32,000 nucleotides of DNA from contig NC_020304.1 of NCBI RefSeq assembly GCF_000341395.1, positions 2,010,001 through 2,042,000 of the forward strand, in the 5' to 3' direction. This DNA is from Desulfocapsa sulfexigens DSM 10523. GTDB taxonomy: Bacteria > Desulfobacterota > Desulfobulbia > Desulfobulbales > Desulfocapsaceae. Of the stretch, positions 27,445 to 32,000 are shown one piece after another. Made by a program: the position numbers and the translations under genes. Numbering within the stretch: the first letter of the stretch is position 1; each line of letters begins with the position of its first letter. The notes beneath the pieces were generated by a model that saw only the letters and a program-made list of their open reading frames with translations, did not search any database and had not been told where the DNA came from.

Positions 27445-29673
27445 TTATTCCTTATCGTAGTATTCGTAATATCCATAGTACCCGGAATCTTTTTTACTTC
27501 TGATGATTCCATTGATCACAATACCAAGGATAGGGGTGTGGATGTCTCGCAGCTTCTTTAATCCGGAATCCAGCATATCGTAGGTGGTCTTTCCCGATCT
27601 GGCAATCAGCAGTACTCCATCTACGATGGCACTGAGGGTGAGGCTGTCTGTCACACGTTGAATAGGGGGAGAATCGAGGAGCACGAAGTCATAAAACTTC
27701 ATTGTTTCATCCATGAGCAGCTGCATTCTTCGTGATTGTAGTAATTCAGCCGGGTTCGGAGGTATGGGGCCTGATGTAATAATAGAGAGTTTCTCATCCG
27801 GGATTGGTCTGATAGGATTCTTTTTGGTGTCGCCGGTGAGGTAGTTGCTTAATCCAAAGGAATTTGGAACATTGAAAAGAGAGTGGGTGCGTGGTCTGCG
27901 CATGTCACAGTCAATAATCAGTACTTTCTTGTTGTTCTGAGAAAGAACCCTGGCGAGGTTGCATGTTGTGGATGTTTTACCCTCTTTTGGTGACATACTG
28001 GTAATTAAAAGAGAGCGTGGAGGATGATCCGGGGACGACAGGAGCAGGCTGGAACGGATCAGACGATAATTCTCCGAAAGTGGCGACAGCGGGTGCTCAA
28101 GAATATGCGATTCTATTGCCTCGTCTTTGCCTTGGAGCTCTTCAACTGTTCCCAGCACCGTTAAATCGAAACGCTGCTCAACATCTTTCCCGTCCTTTAC
28201 GGTGTTGTCCAGGTATTCGATAAAGAATGCCAGGCCAATGCCACCAAAAAGGCCAAGAATGAGGCCCAGCAGGAGGTTACGCTTTTTTTGCGGTTTTGAT
28301 GGTGAGGAGGGGAATTCCGCTTTTTTTACAACCCATATCTTAATTTCCTGAGACTGTTCGGTGACACTGGCTTTCTTAATGCTGGAGGTGAGGGCATCGT
28401 AGAGTACCCGGTTCATATCAACATCCCTTTTCATAATGGTGTATTGAGTGAACCTCTCGTTTATGTTGAGCATCTCGTTTTTGGTCTTGGCGAGCAGCTG
28501 CTTGAGATTTTCTTCCCGAGATTTGGCAAGCTCATAGCTGTTGCGGGTTGAGTCTATAATTCTATCCACTTCGATTTTCTTTTCTCTTAACAACAGGGCC
28601 TGTTCAGCTTTGGCGTTGATCATTACCGGATGCTTGTAGCCATATTTTTTAGAGAGATCTTTGATCTTTTGCTCTGTGGCAAAGATTTGATCACGAAGAT
28701 TCTGCAATACCTTGTTTTCAGCAAAAATGGGGATTGTCTCTATATTATCGTAGTTTTCCCCCAAAGCTTTGATTTGTGCATAGAGCGCTTCAAATTCTTG
28801 CTGTTCTGTCTGTGCCTTGGAAAGCTTGGAACTGAACTCAGAGAGTTTTTCCGGGTAGACTGCGAGCTTGTTCTCGACGGTTACCAGGTCGTTATCTCTC
28901 ATGTATTGCTGCAGGGCAAGTTCTGCTCCTTCGAGTTTTTTACGTTCTTCAGCTGCCTTGCTTGTCATCCACTGCAGAGAGTAGTTACTCGATGCAAGTT
29001 TTATTTCCAGGATTTGATCCATATATGCCTGAATCATGGCGTTCGTGACCAGTTTTGCTATTGCCGGATTTTTGTCACTGTAGCTGATTATGACGGTTTT
29101 GGTGTTGGCCACAGGCTTGATGGAAAGCCCACCCATGATTTTCGCAGCAATGATTTCTGCATCCGTTTTTGGCTCATTGGCAATAAGTAATCCGGATCCT
29201 TCTGTGTTCGTTTCAGATCCCTCAGGGGCTGAGGAGAAAAAGCCTTTGATGAAATCCTTGATTCCGGTCTTGAATGATGAGAGGAAGCTGAACAATCCTT
29301 CCTTTTCTTCGCTGAAAAAATAATGTCTGTATTTGGTGTCCAGTTGCAGTTGCTTGACAACCCTTTGAGTAACGTCTGTGCTGCGAATTAACTCAAATTG
29401 AGTAGTCAGGAAGTCAGGATCCCAGCGGTAATAGGAATTACCGCCCTCAATGGCACTCGATGAGGTGTTTCGTTCGATAAGAACCTGGGACGAGGCAGTA
29501 TAGATGGGGGTGGCAGTATAAGTAGCTATGAAAACAGTAAGGAAAGTGATAGCCAGAAACGTAAGAACCGTTGTCTTGCGTTTGAGGATTACGCTGATGT
29601 AATCACGAAGGTGGATTTCCTGTTCCTGTGTATCCTGGAAAGCAGGTTGCTGTGTCGGGGGGATAATGTTCAT
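27445..29673 (-). CDS. Fused Wzz-type chain-length regulator / BY-kinase (Wzc-like)
   Basis: 742 aa; N-terminal HLRDYISVILKRKTTVLTFLAITF..., coiled-coil middle, GLILGLFGGIGLAFFIEYLDNTVK, Walker-type LLITSMSPKEGKTSTTCNLARVL, KVLIIDCDMRRPRTH, FVLLDSPPI, Tyr-rich tail SGYYGYYEYYDKE. Confidence 0.94.
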   Translation of the reverse strand: MNIIPPTQQPAFQDTQEQEIHLRDYISVILKRKTTVLTFLAITFLTVFIATYTATPIYTASSQVLIERNTSSSAIEGGNSYYRWDPDFLTTQFELIRSTDVTQRVVKQLQLDTKYRHYFFSEEKEGLFSFLSSFKTGIKDFIKGFFSSAPEGSETNTEGSGLLIANEPKTDAEIIAAKIMGGLSIKPVANTKTVIISYSDKNPAIAKLVTNAMIQAYMDQILEIKLASSNYSLQWMTSKAAEERKKLEGAELALQQYMRDNDLVTVENKLAVYPEKLSEFSSKLSKAQTEQQEFEALYAQIKALGENYDNIETIPIFAENKVLQNLRDQIFATEQKIKDLSKKYGYKHPVMINAKAEQALLLREKKIEVDRIIDSTRNSYELAKSREENLKQLLAKTKNEMLNINERFTQYTIMKRDVDMNRVLYDALTSSIKKASVTEQSQEIKIWVVKKAEFPSSPSKPQKKRNLLLGLILGLFGGIGLAFFIEYLDNTVKDGKDVEQRFDLTVLGTVEELQGKDEAIESHILEHPLSPLSENYRLIRSSLLLSSPDHPPRSLLITSMSPKEGKTSTTCNLARVLSQNNKKVLIIDCDMRRPRTHSLFNVPNSFGLSNYLTGDTKKNPIRPIPDEKLSIITSGPIPPNPAELLQSRRMQLLMDETMKFYDFVLLDSPPIQRVTDSLTLSAIVDGVLLIARSGKTTYDMLDSGLKKLRDIHTPILGIVINGIIRSKKDSGYYGYYEYYDKE

Positions 29674-29699
29674 AGCATGGATAGGTATTCTGACAGGAT

Positions 29700-30512
29700 T
29701 TAAAAAAAACTTTCAGGGACAACAACGACATCGTTGGCAAGGACAGAGGTGCCATGATCGACATTCTTGAGGATAGTTTTCTCCCCATTGACAATTCGTA
29801 CAATATCGATCCCGGATTTGGATGCTTTGCCGGTGAAACCGCCTGCACGTGCGATTAGTTTAAGGACTGTACTTTCATTATCACAGGTGTAGGCATCGGG
29901 ATTCTTGACTTCACCTGTTACATAGCACATACCGCCCTTGGATATGTAAATGGTGTCTCCATCCTGAATGAGGATGTTTTGGCTGAGATCTCCTCCCTCG
30001 ACCATGGAATTGATGTTTACAACGAGTACTTCCTTTTTTCCATCCTTGGTTCTTTTAATGGTTGCAGTATCACCAGCACCCTCCTTCAGGCCACCGGCTT
30101 GGGAAACGATCTCAAGAAAGGTGGTTGCGCCACGTAATTCTGCTATTCCAGGCTTGTATACCTGTCCGAGAATTACGGCTTTTTTTGAGCGAAATTCTTC
30201 TATGAAAATATTTACCTGAGGGTTTACGATGTAGCCATCAGCCAGGAGTGTCGTGAGCTTCTGAGTAACTTCTGTTAAGGACATGCCGCCAACATGAACC
30301 AGGCCGATAAAGGGGATAACAATTGAACCGTCGTTTGAGACCCGGACTGTTTTCTGTAAATCCGGGTGATCATAAACATCAATTTTCAAGACATCGCCGG
30401 AACCAACGATGTAATTATCGGCAAGGCTGTTTGTGGAGAAACAAAGCAGGATTGTCAGGCAGAACGTAGCAAAGAACAAATAAGTTTGAAAAGGAAATTT
30501 CACATTACACAT
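29700..30512 (-). CDS. Polysaccharide biosynthesis/export (OPX, Wza-like) protein, short form lacking an obvious C-terminal outer-membrane helix domain
   Basis: 270 aa; signal-like N-terminus, YIVGSGDVLKIDVYDHPDLQKTVRVSNDGSIVIPFIGLVHVGGMSLTEV (PES motif), then SLBB-like repeats (AVILGQVYKPG, CYVTGEVKNPDAY); ends ...LANDVVVVPESFF. Confidence 0.93.
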   Translation of the reverse strand: MCNVKFPFQTYLFFATFCLTILLCFSTNSLADNYIVGSGDVLKIDVYDHPDLQKTVRVSNDGSIVIPFIGLVHVGGMSLTEVTQKLTTLLADGYIVNPQVNIFIEEFRSKKAVILGQVYKPGIAELRGATTFLEIVSQAGGLKEGAGDTATIKRTKDGKKEVLVVNINSMVEGGDLSQNILIQDGDTIYISKGGMCYVTGEVKNPDAYTCDNESTVLKLIARAGGFTGKASKSGIDIVRIVNGEKTILKNVDHGTSVLANDVVVVPESFF

Positions 30513-30670
30513 AACAGGATTTTCTTTATTTGTGCCTCAGAAGAGTAACTTCTTTGGCATGAAAAAATATGTATCCTGTTATTCAAAGTCACTACGCTTC
30601 AAGAAGAGACTGAAACACAATATGTAATATAACAGGAGTTTTTTTCAAAGGATGAAAAAAACTTTACCCA

Positions 30671-31996
30671 TTATAGCGCAGAATTCAAACTAAAGGAAAC
30701 AGTGTTTGTGTCATACTCGTAAATTTCATCGGTTGAATTCCTTTGTTCCCATGTGTAGGCAAGTTCAGCCATTAGCCAGTCATTAAAAATATACTGCAGG
30801 GCAGGGCGGAGGATAAAGCGATCATCATCACGTTTAGGGCCAGTTATTTGATTATAGTCAGCGTTTTCATATGTGAAATCCAGCATTCCTATAAAATCTT
30901 CAGCGAATTCCTGATTGTAACGGAACGTCCCGCCAAGAATTCTTTTATCCAGTGCCTCCGTACTGTCAGTTTCCTCTATCTGATGATGCATGCCAAGGGA
31001 AAGGCTTGTTTTCTGGGTGACCTTGTACTGAACGTCCAGCTCAAAAATAAGTCCGTCATTGTTTGAGTTATAGGAGTTTTCGCTGATATCGTTTACTGCT
31101 TTGTCTTTATACTCACGTGTCTGATAACCTGCTTTGAAGTCTATCGAAGTTTTGGTGGAGGCAATCCAGCTTATACCGCCGTATATGGAGTCCTGATCAT
31201 TGTCTTTGTCAGTTTCGGTGTCGTAACTTACGTCTATGTACCTGTACTCCAGAAAAAGTGCGGTTTTCGGACTGAATGTGAAAATACCGTAAAGTGAAAA
31301 GGCATTATCAGTTCTGTTGAGGAAAGCATCATCAACTTCCTTGTAGTCGAGAAAGAAGTTCGAATAGTCGACCTTCAGGCCGATTTTTTCTGTAATGTCC
31401 CAGATAACATTAAACAAAGCTATATTTGAATTATAACGTCTTAAGCTTATTTCACCGAGGAAGTTACCAATATCAAAGCGATCCTGGCTACGGGTGTAAT
31501 GGTCAACAAGCTCAAAAGAAAGGCCGCTTCTCAGGTTAAGTTTGAAGAAACCTTCAACGTTGGCGTCGTAATCGTTTAATTCTGAATCTTCAGAATAATA
31601 TTTAAAGTCCAGTGCACCGAGGATATAGGCATTATATCGCTCAAATCCGGGGTAATCGGGTAGGGCCATCTGAAGTCCGCCCGGGGTCGAGTTGTTTGGA
31701 GCAATGGCAAGCGGCACCTCCTTTGTCCTGGGAAATGCGAGCCAGATACCTGGAGACAATGTCGTCAGGAAGTTACTCTTTTCATCTGTATAGACATTGA
31801 AAAGGTTGTCGGTGTATTCACCGGCGACACTGAAGAAGGGATGTATATAACCACCACCCTTAGTTCCGAAAAGATCGTCATCATCCGTCTGGAGGTTGTC
31901 TTCCGGCAGAAGAGATTCGGACGTTCCCGATGGTCCCTGTCCCATGGGGGTGTCCTGGGCTGGAGCAACCGCATCGGTTTGGGCGACGACAGTCAT
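30671..31996 (-). CDS. Outer-membrane beta-barrel protein associated with polysaccharide export; 5' end may lie beyond the right edge
   Basis: 441 aa of alternating amphipathic strands (FFSVAGEYTDNLFNVY, TALFLEYRYIDVSYD, TSIDFKAGYQTREYKD, LAYTWEQRNS). The frame stays open upstream of the listed Met to the window edge, and the listed N-terminus has no full signal peptide. Confidence 0.7.
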   Translation of the reverse strand: MTVVAQTDAVAPAQDTPMGQGPSGTSESLLPEDNLQTDDDDLFGTKGGGYIHPFFSVAGEYTDNLFNVYTDEKSNFLTTLSPGIWLAFPRTKEVPLAIAPNNSTPGGLQMALPDYPGFERYNAYILGALDFKYYSEDSELNDYDANVEGFFKLNLRSGLSFELVDHYTRSQDRFDIGNFLGEISLRRYNSNIALFNVIWDITEKIGLKVDYSNFFLDYKEVDDAFLNRTDNAFSLYGIFTFSPKTALFLEYRYIDVSYDTETDKDNDQDSIYGGISWIASTKTSIDFKAGYQTREYKDKAVNDISENSYNSNNDGLIFELDVQYKVTQKTSLSLGMHHQIEETDSTEALDKRILGGTFRYNQEFAEDFIGMLDFTYENADYNQITGPKRDDDRFILRPALQYIFNDWLMAELAYTWEQRNSTDEIYEYDTNTVSFSLNSAL

Positions 31997-32000
31997 TTTG

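Noticed and set aside
28630-29190. 186-aa plus-strand ORF antisense to the Wzz/BY-kinase gene
   Set aside because: It sits opposite the coiled-coil coding region and its composition reflects the complement of Lys/Glu-rich codons; no independent support.
30640-30700. TATAAT-like sequence on the minus strand at 30675-30670, overlapping the stop codon of the beta-barrel gene
   Set aside because: No good -35 hexamer at 16-18 nt spacing and no visible terminator before it; too weak to call a promoter.
1-32000. Searched by eye for CRISPR arrays, tRNA/rRNA genes, retron-like RNAs and integrase/transposase genes
   Set aside because: None found; the spacers are short and no regularly spaced repeats were seen. 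A computational scan (CRISPR finder, Infernal/Rfam) would be needed to exclude small structured RNAs.

Overview
The window is one long exopolysaccharide/capsule biosynthesis and export locus of a Gram-negative bacterium. Nearly all of it is on the minus strand. Read in the direction of transcription (right to left) it contains: an outer-membrane beta-barrel protein (open at the right edge); a short OPX/Wza-like export protein; a fused Wzz/BY-kinase; TviB/WbpO-like and TviC/WbpP-like enzymes for HexNAcA nucleotide sugars; a UDP-glucuronate decarboxylase-like SDR; two tandem O-antigen-ligase/Wzy-TPR paralogs; a 1309-aa secreted RIFT-barrel (PcRGLX/YetA-like) plus LamG-like protein; a Wzx flippase; a sulfotransferase; a CapA-like metallophosphatase; a third Wzy-like protein; an ATP-grasp protein; AsnB; a second ATP-grasp protein; two GT4 glycosyltransferases; and a bi-domain Zn-dehydrogenase/Gfo-Idh-MocA oxidoreductase (open at the left edge and absent from the ORF track). 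The only plus-strand gene is an AAA/DUF4143 ATPase inserted between the nucleotide-sugar block and the polymerase block. No CRISPR, tRNA, rRNA or transposase was seen. The most interesting parts are: (i) the ATP-grasp / AsnB / ATP-grasp / CapA-like / sulfotransferase module, which suggests an amidated or aminoacylated, possibly sulfated, aminouronic polysaccharide; (ii) the tandem Wzy-TPR duplication, which includes its leader, next to the giant YetA-like protein; (iii) A10 homopolymer tracts inside asnB and wzy; (iv) a two-protein outer-membrane exporter. All family assignments come from reading motifs, not from database searches.
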